From: an uncultured Acetatifactor sp.
GTDB lineage: Bacteria > Bacillota > Clostridia > Lachnospirales > Lachnospiraceae
Length of the DNA: 64,000 nucleotides
Reading direction: 5' to 3'
Assembly (NCBI GenBank): GCA_910586835.1
Contig: CAJUJU010000003.1
Location: 18,160-82,159, forward strand
Below, in pieces: positions 1 through 10,456 of this stretch; positions within the stretch are counted from its first letter, which is position 1, and each line of letters starts with the position of its first letter. The translations under genes and the position numbers were made by a program. Below the pieces are notes generated by a model that was not told the DNA's origin, did no database searches, and was given only the letters and a program-made list of their open reading frames with translations.

Positions 1-393
1 CTTTTCCAGCTTTGCCTTGAACTGGTTTGCGCTGTTCTGGCCGGAGTAGTGGGTGATGACCACGCTGCCCACATACAGCCCCTTCTGCTGGAATTCGTCC
101 CGCAGCCGCAGCACGTCCACATCGTAGGTGATACCCAGGTCTCCCCGCACTTTATTTTTTTCGATGTCTGAGGCGCTGATGACGATGACGATCTCCGCGT
201 ACTCTGACAGCTGCATCAACATGCGGAGCTTGGAATCCGGCGCAAAGCCCGGCAGAACCCGGGATGCGTGATAGTCGTCAAAGAGCTTCCCGCCGAATTC
301 CAGGTAAAGCTTGTCCCCGAACTGGGAGATGCGTTCCTTGATGTGTTCGGACTGCATTTTCAGATATTTTTCATTATCAAAACCGATTTTCAT
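1..393 (-). CDS. DUF1846 (UPF0371) family protein, 5' part; runs off the window edge
   Basis: Not in the ORF track. Hand translation from ATG at 393 gives MKIGFDNEKYLKMQSEHIKERISQFGDKLYLEFGGKLFDDYHASRVLPGF..., the characteristic DUF1846 N-terminus. G-rich RBS upstream; frame open to position 1. Confidence 0.85.
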   Translation of the reverse strand, partial: MKIGFDNEKYLKMQSEHIKERISQFGDKLYLEFGGKLFDDYHASRVLPGFAPDSKLRMLMQLSEYAEIVIVISASDIEKNKVRGDLGITYDVDVLRLRDEFQQKGLYVGSVVITHYSGQNSANQFKAKLEK

Positions 394-550
394 GCATAAT
401 CCCCCCCTGTCCGCCGTCTTCGGCGGGCCATAAATCAATTCTTAAAAGTGACTTTTCATGCTTTGCATACAAAAACACTTCTCTATCTTATCACAAATTC
501 TCTGCACAGGGAATATATTTTCGCTCAGGAAATTCGGGAATGGGCGGATA

Positions 551-579
551 TTGACAATAGAACGGATACATATTATAGT
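551..579 (+). promoter_or_regulatory. sigma-A-type promoter for the lipoprotein gene
   Basis: TTGACA(551-556)-17 bp-TATAGT(574-579). Confidence 0.7.
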
Positions 580-646
580 GATTGTGCAATAAAGGATAAA
601 GAAGCCGTTTTGCCGGATCGGGAATCAAAGTCAGGAGGAAGCAGTC

Positions 647-2659
647 TTGAAGAGATTTGTATATAACGCTCTTTTTATTTTGGCTATCTGTCTTTTTGTG
701 CTGACTGCATGCGGAAAGGACAGTCCGTTGGAATATTATGACTTCTCCGTGGAGGAACGGGAGGTTTTTGACTCTCAGCTGCCCGGACAGTACTATGGTT
801 TTCAGTTTTATGAGGACGAGACGGCACAGATCATGCTGGGAAAAGGAAAAGAATGGGAGGGCGTGTGGCTGCTCAAGGCAGACGGAAGCTCTAAGCAGCT
901 TCTGCCCGGGTATGAAGAGTTTCTTGGAAGCTGGTTTTTGACGAGTCAGGGGCAGAGTATTCTGTTTTATGACAGTGCTGTTTCCGGAAACAGGGTGCAG
1001 ATTTTGGATCGGGAGGGCAGAGAACTGAGTTCCCGGGAAGGAGTATCCGGCCGGAGTGTCTGTGAGACAAAGGAAGGCAGGGTCTATTTGCTGGCTGAGG
1101 AAAATGACAACGTGTTCCTGGCCGAGATAAACCTTACAACTGGCGGATTGAGAAGGCTGGAGGGGCTGGAACTGAATCTGGAACGGCGTCTGGGGCTGAA
1201 CTCAGCTGCGCTTCAATGTCTGGGCACAGGTTCCGGGGGATTGATGCTGATGGACTGCGACGGGGTGTGGGAGATAACAGAGAAGGAAAGCGGGGCCGAA
1301 AAAAGGCTGATGCTGTCTTTTGAAAGTACCTCCTATATGGATATGATTTCCGATCCGGTCTCCAATCCCAATTTTTATTTGAGAATTCCGGCGGGATTCC
1401 GCATGCTGGAGGACGGCAGCGTGGAACTGTTGTGGAAGTATACGGACAGCGGCAGGGGACTTCTTCAGACATTGCGGTATGAAAAGACGGAAAAGGCCAT
1501 GCTGTGTCTGCGGTGTCTGCAGGTATCGGCCTGGCTGGCGCAGTGCATCACAGAATTTAACCGCGCCAGTTCCGATTATTTTGTGGTGTTGGAGCAGCCC
1601 GACGGGAGCGCAGCCTGGGAGGAATTTGCGGAACGCACGGATTTGGAGATCGGTGCGGGAAAGGGCGCGGATCTGATTCTTGGGCAGGCCAGCAGAAATT
1701 TCAGCGCTCTGGTGGAAAAGGGGGCATTTCTGGATCTGACTTCCTGCCTGGAGGGCTCCGGTATTGTCGTGGAGGACTATTTTCCCATTGCCTTTGCCAG
1801 AGAAGAGGGAACGGATGTCATATATGGGGTGAAGCCGTCCATAACCGTAACGACCTACTGGGTCAGCAGCCAGGTGTTGGAGGATCCGGAGGGGATGGAT
1901 ATCAATGCCGTTGTGGATGCCCTGAATGAGTATCCGGGGAAGGGTTCCTTTGAATGGTTTCCGCCCAGGGCAATCCTGATGTTTTTTCTCCAGGGTTCAG
2001 AGGATTTCTGGGGGATGGTTGACTACGAAAAAGGAACCTGTAATTTTGATACGGAGTTGTTTGCAAAGATTCTCAATACGGCAAAACGATACAGTGAAAA
2101 GGCATCCATGGACAGCCCGGCCGTGGTGGGTTTCCGGCAGGCTGCTCCCCTGGGAGCCTTTGTGAGCACACGCAGGCTTCAGGAGCAGGGTAAAACGGCT
2201 TTGGGAGGTATTTTTGACGACGGTATTTTTCCCATGTCGCTGTCGGGTGATCTGCTTGCGATAAACGCGGATTCGGCAAATCCGGAGGGCTGCGGGGAGT
2301 TTCTGTCTTTTTTATTACAGGAGGAGGCTCAGCGGAACATGCAGTCTGTCACCCGGGTTGCTCTGCCCGCTCACCGAGGAGTATTTGAGGAGCGTCAGCG
2401 GCATGAGCTGGAGTGGAGCGGAAGGTCGGAACCCGTTACGGATACGAATTTTGTTTCTCATGGGGAATGTACCCAGGAGGACGCGGCGGAACAGTTGGAG
2501 CTGATGGAAAGTCTGCGTGCCCTTCCCATGGATACACAGCACATGCAGAATATTATCTGGGACGAAGCGAAAGAGTATCTGGAGGGAATCAGACCCATGG
2601 AAGCCGTCATTGATCATATAAACAATCGTGTTCAGCTGTACCTGAATGAAAATAAATAA
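647..2659 (+). CDS. Extracellular solute-binding lipoprotein (large N-terminal domain plus C-terminal SBP family 1-like domain)
   Basis: TTG start after GGAGG; lipobox LTAC; C-terminal motifs typical of clostridial sugar SBPs (FNRAS..Y.V, LVEKGAFLDL, LAINADS.NPEG..EFLSFLL, INNRVQLYLNE). Confidence 0.75.
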   Translation: MKRFVYNALFILAICLFVLTACGKDSPLEYYDFSVEEREVFDSQLPGQYYGFQFYEDETAQIMLGKGKEWEGVWLLKADGSSKQLLPGYEEFLGSWFLTSQGQSILFYDSAVSGNRVQILDREGRELSSREGVSGRSVCETKEGRVYLLAEENDNVFLAEINLTTGGLRRLEGLELNLERRLGLNSAALQCLGTGSGGLMLMDCDGVWEITEKESGAEKRLMLSFESTSYMDMISDPVSNPNFYLRIPAGFRMLEDGSVELLWKYTDSGRGLLQTLRYEKTEKAMLCLRCLQVSAWLAQCITEFNRASSDYFVVLEQPDGSAAWEEFAERTDLEIGAGKGADLILGQASRNFSALVEKGAFLDLTSCLEGSGIVVEDYFPIAFAREEGTDVIYGVKPSITVTTYWVSSQVLEDPEGMDINAVVDALNEYPGKGSFEWFPPRAILMFFLQGSEDFWGMVDYEKGTCNFDTELFAKILNTAKRYSEKASMDSPAVVGFRQAAPLGAFVSTRRLQEQGKTALGGIFDDGIFPMSLSGDLLAINADSANPEGCGEFLSFLLQEEAQRNMQSVTRVALPAHRGVFEERQRHELEWSGRSEPVTDTNFVSHGECTQEDAAEQLELMESLRALPMDTQHMQNIIWDEAKEYLEGIRPMEAVIDHINNRVQLYLNENK

Positions 2660-2682
2660 GCCTCTTCTGCATATTTCCGGCG
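2657..2682 (+). repeat. 26-bp direct repeat, copy 1 (TAAGCCTCTTCTGCATATTTCCGGCG)
   Basis: Identical to 5813-5838; includes the TAA stop of the lipoprotein gene. Confidence 0.95.
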
Positions 2683-2802
2683 CAAATAGCAGAAGAAACG
2701 GAATATTCTTGTTATAATTGGAGAATTTATGGTACAATAAGTCTGTTTGGATTGAATAAGTACAAAGGAAAAGCTGAAATGTTATAGCTAAGGGAGCGGC
2801 AA

Positions 2803-4287
2803 ATGTTATTTAATTCAATTGACTTTTTGATTTTTTTTCCTGTGGTTACACTGATTTACTTTATTATACCGAGAAAGGTACGGTATATATGGCTGTTGGC
2901 GGTCAGTTATTATTTTTACATGTGCTGGAATGCAAAATATGCGCTGTTACTGCTGATATCCTCAATTGTTACATGGCTTTGCGGCCTGCTGGTGCATTCT
3001 GCCGAGAAACTACTTACTAAGAAGCTTGCCCTGGCGGCATGTCTGTGCGTAAATCTGGGTATCCTGTTTTTCTTTAAGTATTTTGATTTCTTTTTACAGA
3101 ACTTTAACCGAGTGTTATCGGGGCTGCATATACAGCTTTTTGAAAAAAGATTTGATGTACTCCTGCCGGTGGGGATCTCCTTCTATACGTTTCAGGCTCT
3201 TGGCTATACCATTGATGTATATCGGGGAAAGGTGACGCCTGAGAAAAATATTTTGCGGTATGCGCTGTTTGTTTCTTTTTTTTGTCAGTTGGTGGCAGGC
3301 CCTATTGAGCGATCGGAGAGTTTGCTGGGACAGATGCGGAATTTGGAAAAGAAAAGGCTGTGGAATTACAGAAATATTGTAAGCGGGCTTATGCTGATGG
3401 TGTGGGGAATGTTTGTGAAGATGGTAATAGCAGACCGTGTGGCTATTTTAGTGGATGTCGTTTTTGGAAACTATTACCTGCATGGGACGGTAGCGCTCGC
3501 GGCGGGGGCAGTGGGATTTGCCATACAGATTTACTGCGATTTTATGGGGTACTCTACCATAGCCATCGGTGCTGCCAGAGTGATGGGCTTCCGGCTGGTG
3601 GAAAATTTTGAGACACCCTATTTTGCCGGGTCTGTCAGTGAATTCTGGAAACGTTGGCATATTTCCCTGAGTACCTGGTTTCGGGATTACGTCTACATTC
3701 CTTTGGGGGGAAACCGATGTTCCAAACCGAAGAAATATTTTAATCTGATGGCAACTATGGCGGTCAGCGGCCTGTGGCATGGAGCCAACTGGAATTATGT
3801 GGCGTGGGGGCTGCTGCACGGCGGGTATCAGGTGGTGGGAGATGTTACGGCCGGATGGCGTGCAAGGCTGATCGACATGCTTCATACTAAAAAGGAAAGC
3901 ATCAGCTATCGTCTGGCACAGGTAGTGACTACCTTTGTACTGACGGATATAGCTTGGATATTTTTTCGATCGGTATCTTTGTCCCATGCTTTTCGATATT
4001 GTAGCAGATTGTTTACAAAATGGGATCCCTGGAACTTATTTAACGGAACGATTTATGCGCTGGGGCTGGATCGTCCGGAATTTAATATTTTGGTGGTTTC
4101 GCTGGTGGTTCTTTTTCTGGCTGATCTAATCCGCTACAAACGGCGGCAGGATATTGCGGTATTTTTGCAGGAGCAGTGCATCTGGTTCAGATGGGGTGTT
4201 ATGATTGCTTTGATTACTGCCACTCTGGTTTTCGGGGTCTATGGTATTGACTTTGAATCGTCACAATTTATATACTTTCAATTTTAG
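2803..4287 (+). CDS. MBOAT family O-acyltransferase (AlgI/PatA/DltB-like)
   Basis: MLFNS..FL.FFP start, LPVGISFYTFQ, QIYCDF.GYS, EFWKRWHISLSTWFRDYVYIPLGGNR, SGLWHGA (catalytic His), FIYFQF end. Confidence 0.93.
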   Translation: MLFNSIDFLIFFPVVTLIYFIIPRKVRYIWLLAVSYYFYMCWNAKYALLLLISSIVTWLCGLLVHSAEKLLTKKLALAACLCVNLGILFFFKYFDFFLQNFNRVLSGLHIQLFEKRFDVLLPVGISFYTFQALGYTIDVYRGKVTPEKNILRYALFVSFFCQLVAGPIERSESLLGQMRNLEKKRLWNYRNIVSGLMLMVWGMFVKMVIADRVAILVDVVFGNYYLHGTVALAAGAVGFAIQIYCDFMGYSTIAIGAARVMGFRLVENFETPYFAGSVSEFWKRWHISLSTWFRDYVYIPLGGNRCSKPKKYFNLMATMAVSGLWHGANWNYVAWGLLHGGYQVVGDVTAGWRARLIDMLHTKKESISYRLAQVVTTFVLTDIAWIFFRSVSLSHAFRYCSRLFTKWDPWNLFNGTIYALGLDRPEFNILVVSLVVLFLADLIRYKRRQDIAVFLQEQCIWFRWGVMIALITATLVFGVYGIDFESSQFIYFQF

Positions 4288-4296
4288 AGAATATAT

Positions 4297-5787
4297 ATGG
4301 AAAACAAATTAGAGAAGAAAACGATTGTAAAAAGATGTGTAGGCATAATAACATTTTGGCTGATACTGTTGCTGGTTCTGGGGCGGGTATACGATGTGCT
4401 GTCTTGGAAGGACGGTTCGGGAGATTATTATACGTCGGTAGAGACTTTTTATGGACTGGATGAGGACGTGGTTGATGTGCTGTTTCTGGGAAGCAGCCAT
4501 TGCTATTGTTCTATCATCAGCTCCAGACTGTGGGATGATTACGGCATTGCAGGTTACAGTCTTTCGATTTCAGGTCAGGATTTTGTTTCTTCCTACTATT
4601 GGCTGAAGGACGCGCTAAAGACCCAAAAGCCCAAGGTGGTTTTCCTGGAAATGTATTATGCGGGCTTTAACGGCTATGCGGCAGAGGGGAATTTGTACAG
4701 AAATGTACTGCCATACCATATATCACCGAATTATGTGCAGATGGTAAGGGATATAATAGATGACAAGTCAGGAAGCATACAAATAGAGAGCGGTATGGTA
4801 GAAGAGGAGGACAGAAGCAGCTTTTTGGCAAAATGGCCTATCATACACACTCGTTATCGGGAAATACAATATCAGGATTTTATGGGGCCTGATATCCTGT
4901 ATATGGGATTCAGCGCATTGATTGATGGCATGCGCCACAGCCCGATTACTTGGACGACAGACGGAAACGAGCCTTATGAGGGTGATGAGACACTGGAGAT
5001 AGAAGAAGAGAAGTGGCTTCGGAAGATCATCGAGTTGACGAAAGCAAATGAGATTGATCTGTGTTTGTTTTTGGCGCCCATGACTGTTTCAAGGGAAGAT
5101 CAGATGCGCATGAATTATGTGGGAGAGCTTGCGGAAGAGGAAGGAATTCCTTTTCTGAACTTTGTGGATCTTCGGGATGAACTGAAAATTGATCCGGAGC
5201 AGGATTTTTTGGATGGAGGACATGTGAATTACAAAGGCGGTTCGAAGGTGACGGACGCGATTGGAAGGTTCCTTGTACAAAATTTTAATATGGAGGATCA
5301 TCGTGGGGATAAAAAGTACGATTTATGGGTGCAGAATTCGGCAACCAGAGAGCATGAGTTTAATGCGTTTAAGCTGCAGGAGAGCACTGAGTTGCGGTAC
5401 ATTCTGGACTATGCTGCATATGCTGCGGATTATACGTTTATCCTGTCCACAGAGGGAGATTATTTCAGAGAGACGGACTATTTGGCGGATCAGTTGATGC
5501 TGTTTGGGATCAAAGAAGAATTTGAGGAGGGCGGAGGTATCTGGATTATCGAAAACGGAAAGGTTACCTGGAGAACCAATGCAGAAACAGGCGACTGGTA
5601 TATGGAACCAGACGGGGTTGATATTGTGCTTCTCAGATCAGGTGGCACGGGCAGGACATTTGTGAATCAGCAGGAGTGCACCAAGGTATCAGACGGGATT
5701 AACATTGCAGTTTATGACAAGCTGCTGAAAAGGGTGGTTTGTACTGTAGGATTTGCCGCAGAGGACGGTTATACCTGTGTGAAATAG
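4297..5787 (+). CDS. Membrane-anchored SGNH-like protein (AlgJ/PatB/DltD-like partner of the MBOAT)
   Basis: Single N-terminal TM; LFLGSSH (block I Ser) and DGGHVN (DxxH); 9 bp downstream of the MBOAT. Confidence 0.7.
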   Translation: MENKLEKKTIVKRCVGIITFWLILLLVLGRVYDVLSWKDGSGDYYTSVETFYGLDEDVVDVLFLGSSHCYCSIISSRLWDDYGIAGYSLSISGQDFVSSYYWLKDALKTQKPKVVFLEMYYAGFNGYAAEGNLYRNVLPYHISPNYVQMVRDIIDDKSGSIQIESGMVEEEDRSSFLAKWPIIHTRYREIQYQDFMGPDILYMGFSALIDGMRHSPITWTTDGNEPYEGDETLEIEEEKWLRKIIELTKANEIDLCLFLAPMTVSREDQMRMNYVGELAEEEGIPFLNFVDLRDELKIDPEQDFLDGGHVNYKGGSKVTDAIGRFLVQNFNMEDHRGDKKYDLWVQNSATREHEFNAFKLQESTELRYILDYAAYAADYTFILSTEGDYFRETDYLADQLMLFGIKEEFEEGGGIWIIENGKVTWRTNAETGDWYMEPDGVDIVLLRSGGTGRTFVNQQECTKVSDGINIAVYDKLLKRVVCTVGFAAEDGYTCVK

Positions 5788-5812
5788 CATCGGGCGAAGG
5801 ACTTGCAAAGTT

Positions 5813-5838
5813 TAAGCCTCTTCTGCATATTTCCGGCG
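5813..5838 (+). repeat. 26-bp direct repeat, copy 2
   Basis: Identical to 2657-2682. Confidence 0.95.
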
Positions 5839-5904
5839 TTTTGTGGAATTAATTTCAGTTTAGAAATCTTTAAGAGATAATGCGTTTTTTTCATAATTAT
5901 GCTA

Positions 5905-5933
5905 TTGATTTATCAATATCTTATCTCTATAAT
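5905..5933 (+). promoter_or_regulatory. sigma-A-type promoter of ftsH
   Basis: TTGATT(5905-5910)-17 bp-TATAAT(5928-5933). Confidence 0.65.
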
Positions 5934-5998
5934 AAAATAGATTCATTGTCTATCGAAGATATGCGAATTTCCAAAACAAAGGGCAGAATGGAGCTATT

Positions 5999-8383
5999 AT
6001 GGATAATAAAATAAACAGGTTTGACAACGGCGGAGGATACAACGGCGGAAACCGCGGAAACACGCCGGGAGACAATGGCGGAGGAGGAAATGAACCTCCG
6101 CGCCGTCCCAATGTCCTGATGATGGTTTTATCCATCCTTTCTTTGATTTTTCTCGGGCTGATGATTTTTTCCATGTTCTTCCTGAACAAGGTGGAGGGAG
6201 AGAAGGTTTCCTACACCCAGTTTCTCCAGTATATGGAGGAGGGACGGATCGAGCAGGTCGTGGTGCAGTCCAACAGGGACATTAAAGACATTGCGGTATA
6301 TTTTACCCTGAAGAAGGATGCGGCGGAAGAGGAAGCCAACGACCAGCGGCCGGTGATGTTTCCCGGTATCGGCATGTACGATATGCAGCAGGCCGTGCAG
6401 AAGAAGTACTATACCATAATTATGGAAGACCTGAACACGCTGACCGCAAGGCTGGAGGCCCACGGCATAGAGGCGGAGCGTTCCATTGAGAGCAGCTCGG
6501 GGATGTTTGAGTTTATCCTTTCCATTGTGCTGCCGGTGCTGATTATGGTGGTATTCTTCAGCATCATGTTCCGCAAGATGGGCGGAAGCGGCGGGCCCAT
6601 GGGAGTGGGAAGGAACAATGCCAAGGTCTATGTACAGAAGGAGACAGGAGTTACCTTCAAGGATGTGGCGGGAGAGGATGAGGCCAAGGAATCCCTGGTG
6701 GAGGTGGTGGATTTTCTGCACAATCCGGGAAAATATTCCAAGATCGGCGCAAAGCTTCCCAAGGGCGCGCTGCTTGTGGGACCTCCCGGAACGGGAAAAA
6801 CCCTGCTGGCAAAGGCGGTGGCGGGAGAAGCTCACGTTCCCTTCTTCTCTTTGACCGGTTCCGATTTTATAGAGCTTTATGTGGGCGTGGGTGCAAGCCG
6901 TGTCCGCGACCTTTTCCGGGAAGCCACAAAGAATGCTCCCTGTATTATTTTCATCGACGAGATAGACGCCATCGGGCGCAGCCGTGATTCCAAGTACGGA
7001 GGCGGCAACGAGGAGCGGGAGCAGACGCTGAACCAGCTTCTGTCCGAGATGGACGGCTTTGACAGCTCCAAGGGAATCCTGATCCTGGGGGCTACCAACA
7101 GACCGGAGATCCTGGATAAGGCATTGCTTCGGCCGGGACGTTTCGACCGGCGGATTATCGTGGATAAGCCGGACTTAAGGGGGCGTGTGGAGATTTTGAA
7201 GGTACACGCCAAGGATGTGAAAATGGATGAAACCGTGGATCTGGATGCCATTGCGCTGGCTACCAGCGGCGCGGTGGGCTCGGATCTGGCGAACATGATA
7301 AACGAGGCCGCCATCAATGCGGTAAAAGAAGGAAGGGAGTATGTCTGCCAGAAGGATCTCTTCGACGCGGTGGAGGTAGTCCTTGTGGGCAAGGAAAAGA
7401 AGGATCGCATCATGAGTAAGGAGGAGCGCAGAATCGTCTCCTATCATGAGGTGGGACATGCGCTGATCAGCGCACTTCAGAAAAATTCCGAGCCGGTACA
7501 GAAGATTACCATCGTTCCCAGAACCATGGGGGCGCTGGGATATGTGATGCATGTGCCCGAGGAGGAAAAGTTCCTGAACACCGAGGCGGAGCTGCGGGAT
7601 ATGCTGGTCAGCCTTGTGGGCGGACGTGCGGCGGAGGAAGTGGTATTTGACACCGTCACCACCGGCGCGGCAAACGATATCGAGAAGGCTACGGACATTG
7701 CACGGAACATGGTGACTCGTTACGGCATGAGCAAAAAGTTCGGCCTTGTGGGGCTGGCTACGGTGGAGAGCCAGTATCTGGAGGGCAGGACGGCGTTGAA
7801 CTGCAGCGACGAGACGGCGGCAAAGATCGACGCGGAAGTGGTGGAGATCCTGAAGGAGAGCTACGAGAAGGCGCTGGCCCTGCTTCGGGATAACAGAGAC
7901 GTTATGGATAAGCTGGCCGAGTTCCTGATCGAGAAGGAGACCATAACCGGCAAGGAGTTTATGGAAATCTACCGCCGGGAAAAAGGAATTCCGGAGCCGG
8001 AAGAAAAGCAGGAGGAGAAGAATGCGGAATCCGGAAGGCCTGCGGCAGCACAGGAGACAGAGAACGCATCCGAGGCCGGGGAAACGGACGGAACCGCAAA
8101 ACCCCAGGAGATTCCGCAGGTGATAGAGATGCCCGGGCCTGTGGAGACGCCGGAGCCGGTGAAGCTGCCGGATGACGTCTCGGGAGGCGCGGAAGCGGAA
8201 GAAGGTTTCTCTGCTCCGGCCCAAGAGGAACAACAGCCGGAGGAAAGGAGCGCATCCGAGGCCGGGGAACAGGAGTCCGGCGCGGAAGCTTCTTTTTCGG
8301 AGCAGTTGAAGAAAGCGTCGGAGGACTGCGGCGATTCCGATGACAAGCGGCCCAGGGGACGTTTTTCCAATGGCAGAGTATAG
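5999..8383 (+). CDS. ftsH: ATP-dependent zinc metalloprotease FtsH
   Basis: Two N-terminal TMs; Walker A GPPGTGKT; Walker [27 protein letters not shown] zinc motif; long acidic C-terminal tail. Confidence 0.97.
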   Translation: MDNKINRFDNGGGYNGGNRGNTPGDNGGGGNEPPRRPNVLMMVLSILSLIFLGLMIFSMFFLNKVEGEKVSYTQFLQYMEEGRIEQVVVQSNRDIKDIAVYFTLKKDAAEEEANDQRPVMFPGIGMYDMQQAVQKKYYTIIMEDLNTLTARLEAHGIEAERSIESSSGMFEFILSIVLPVLIMVVFFSIMFRKMGGSGGPMGVGRNNAKVYVQKETGVTFKDVAGEDEAKESLVEVVDFLHNPGKYSKIGAKLPKGALLVGPPGTGKTLLAKAVAGEAHVPFFSLTGSDFIELYVGVGASRVRDLFREATKNAPCIIFIDEIDAIGRSRDSKYGGGNEEREQTLNQLLSEMDGFDSSKGILILGATNRPEILDKALLRPGRFDRRIIVDKPDLRGRVEILKVHAKDVKMDETVDLDAIALATSGAVGSDLANMINEAAINAVKEGREYVCQKDLFDAVEVVLVGKEKKDRIMSKEERRIVSYHEVGHALISALQKNSEPVQKITIVPRTMGALGYVMHVPEEEKFLNTEAELRDMLVSLVGGRAAEEVVFDTVTTGAANDIEKATDIARNMVTRYGMSKKFGLVGLATVESQYLEGRTALNCSDETAAKIDAEVVEILKESYEKALALLRDNRDVMDKLAEFLIEKETITGKEFMEIYRREKGIPEPEEKQEEKNAESGRPAAAQETENASEAGETDGTAKPQEIPQVIEMPGPVETPEPVKLPDDVSGGAEAEEGFSAPAQEEQQPEERSASEAGEQESGAEASFSEQLKKASEDCGDSDDKRPRGRFSNGRV

Positions 8384-8490
8384 GGATAGATGTGAAGGCA
8401 GGAGGCTGTGGCGCCGGCGTGGGCACGCAGCCTCTTCTGATGCACAGGAGCAGAGGGACACGGGATGTTGAAAATCCGAAGGAGGCGTCA

Positions 8491-10395
8491 ATGTTCAATT
8501 TTGAGGAAGAACTGAAAAAGCTCCCGAAGGAGCCGGGAGTATACATTATGCGGGATGACAGAGATGTCATTTTATATGTGGGCAAGGCGGTAAATCTACA
8601 TAACCGGGTTCGTTCCTACTTTCGGGAGAATATCGGAAGGGGGCCTGCCATCGACAAAATGGTGACACTGATCGCCCGGTTTGAGTATATTGTCACGGAT
8701 TCGGAGCTGGAGGCACTGGTGCTGGAGAATAATCTTATCAAGGAATATTCTCCCAAATACAATACTCTGCTGAAGGACGACAAGACCTATCCCTATATCA
8801 AGGTGACGGTGGGGGAGGACTTTCCCAGGATCCTCTTCTCCCGGACTATGAAAAAGGATAAGTCCAGATACTTTGGCCCTTACACCAGCGCGGCGGCGGT
8901 GAAGGACACCATAGAGCTGCTGAACAAGCTGTACTGTCTGCGCACCTGCACCCGTTCTTTGCCCAGAGACATCGGCCTGGAGCGGCCCTGCCTGAACTAT
9001 CATATCAAGCAGTGTGCGGCCCCCTGCCAGGGGTATGTGACAAAGGAGGAGTATCGGGAGAAGGTGGCCCAGGCCCTTGACTTTCTGAACGGGAATTATA
9101 ATGTGATTCTGAAGGAGCTGGAGGGAAAGATGAAGGCTGCGGCGGAGCAGCTTGACTTTGAGGCGGCTGCCGGCTACCGGGATCTGTACAACAGCGTAAA
9201 GCAGGTATCCCAGAAGCAGAAGATCACGGACAGCGTGGGCGAGGATAAGGACATTATCGCGCTGTATCAGGACGATTCGGAGGCCGTGGTGCAGGTGTTT
9301 TTTGTTCGGGACGGAAAGCTCATCGGCAGGGAACATTACTATATGACGCATGTGTCGGAAAACGGAAAGGCTCAGGTTTTGGAGAACTTTGTAAAACAGT
9401 TTTATGCGGGGACGCCGTTTATTCCGAGAGAACTGATGCTTCAGTATGAGATTGAGGACAGGGAGCTTATTGAGAAGTGGCTTTCCCAGAGAAAAGGGGG
9501 AAGAGTGCATGTGCGGGTGCCCAAGATCGGCTCCAAGGAAAAGCTGGTGGAGCTGGCGGCGCAGAATGCCAGGCACATTCTGGAACAGGACAGAGAGCGG
9601 CTGAAGCGGGAGGAGGGGCGCACCATCGGCGCCGTGAAAGAGATTGCCGCACTTTTGGGGCTGGGACATGTGGAGAGGATGGAGGCCTTCGACATCTCTA
9701 ACATCAACGGTTTTGAAAATGTGGGTTCCATGATCGTATTTGAAAAGGGAAAGCCCAAGCCCAGCGATTACCGGAAGTTTAGGATCAGGACGGTGTCAGG
9801 CCCTGATGACTACGCCTGTATGCGGGAGGTTCTGACCAGAAGATTTACCCACGGCATAGAGGAGCGGGAAGAGCTGGAGGAGAAGAATATGGACAGAGAG
9901 TATGGCAGCTTTACCAGATTTCCCGATCTGCTTATGATGGACGGAGGCAGGGGGCAGGTAAACATTGCCCTGGCGGTGCTGGAGGAGCTTCACATCACCA
10001 TTCCGGTCTGCGGCATGGTGAAGGATGACAATCACCGCACGAGAGGGCTGTATTACAATAATACAGAACTGCCCATAGACACCCGCTCAGAGGGCTTTAA
10101 GCTGATTACCCGGGTTCAGGATGAGGCCCACCGCTTCGCCATCGAATACCACCGTTCCCTGAGGGGCAAGGCTCAGGTGAAGTCCGTGCTGGACGATATC
10201 CCCGGGGTAGGGCCTGCCAGAAGGAAGGCGCTGATGCGGCGTTTTAAGTCCATCGAGGAGATCAAAGAGGCGTCGGTGGAGGAGCTTGCGGAGATTCCGG
10301 AGCTGAATCGGCGGGCTGCGGAGGAGATCTTCCGCTTTTTTCGGAAAAAAGCGGAAGGGAAAACTTCACATAGCGTTCCGGGTATGGTAGAATGA
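8491..10395 (+). CDS. uvrC: Excinuclease ABC subunit C
   Basis: [28 protein letters not shown] domain, DGGRGQ RNase H-like domain, HhH IPGVGP; start placed at ATG 8491 after AGGAGG. Confidence 0.97.
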   Translation: MFNFEEELKKLPKEPGVYIMRDDRDVILYVGKAVNLHNRVRSYFRENIGRGPAIDKMVTLIARFEYIVTDSELEALVLENNLIKEYSPKYNTLLKDDKTYPYIKVTVGEDFPRILFSRTMKKDKSRYFGPYTSAAAVKDTIELLNKLYCLRTCTRSLPRDIGLERPCLNYHIKQCAAPCQGYVTKEEYREKVAQALDFLNGNYNVILKELEGKMKAAAEQLDFEAAAGYRDLYNSVKQVSQKQKITDSVGEDKDIIALYQDDSEAVVQVFFVRDGKLIGREHYYMTHVSENGKAQVLENFVKQFYAGTPFIPRELMLQYEIEDRELIEKWLSQRKGGRVHVRVPKIGSKEKLVELAAQNARHILEQDRERLKREEGRTIGAVKEIAALLGLGHVERMEAFDISNINGFENVGSMIVFEKGKPKPSDYRKFRIRTVSGPDDYACMREVLTRRFTHGIEEREELEEKNMDREYGSFTRFPDLLMMDGGRGQVNIALAVLEELHITIPVCGMVKDDNHRTRGLYYNNTELPIDTRSEGFKLITRVQDEAHRFAIEYHRSLRGKAQVKSVLDDIPGVGPARRKALMRRFKSIEEIKEASVEELAEIPELNRRAAEEIFRFFRKKAEGKTSHSVPGMVE

Positions 10396-10456
10396 ATGCA
10401 GCAGGCGGCTGACCATGAATGAACCCTGTAATAAGGCCGCGGCGTGGAGGCGGGAT

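Noticed and set aside
448..666. 72-aa ORF upstream of the lipoprotein
   Set aside because: Spans a divergent promoter region; no RBS or motifs
8429..8439. AGCCTCTTCTG as a third copy of the 26-bp repeat
   Set aside because: Only 11 bp match; compatible with chance
8392..8490. N-terminal extensions in the ORF track (uvrC 8392, GH95 17411, pseC 33783, fkbH 48618, GT-C 59285, others)
   Set aside because: Downstream starts have better RBSs and coincide with where family similarity begins
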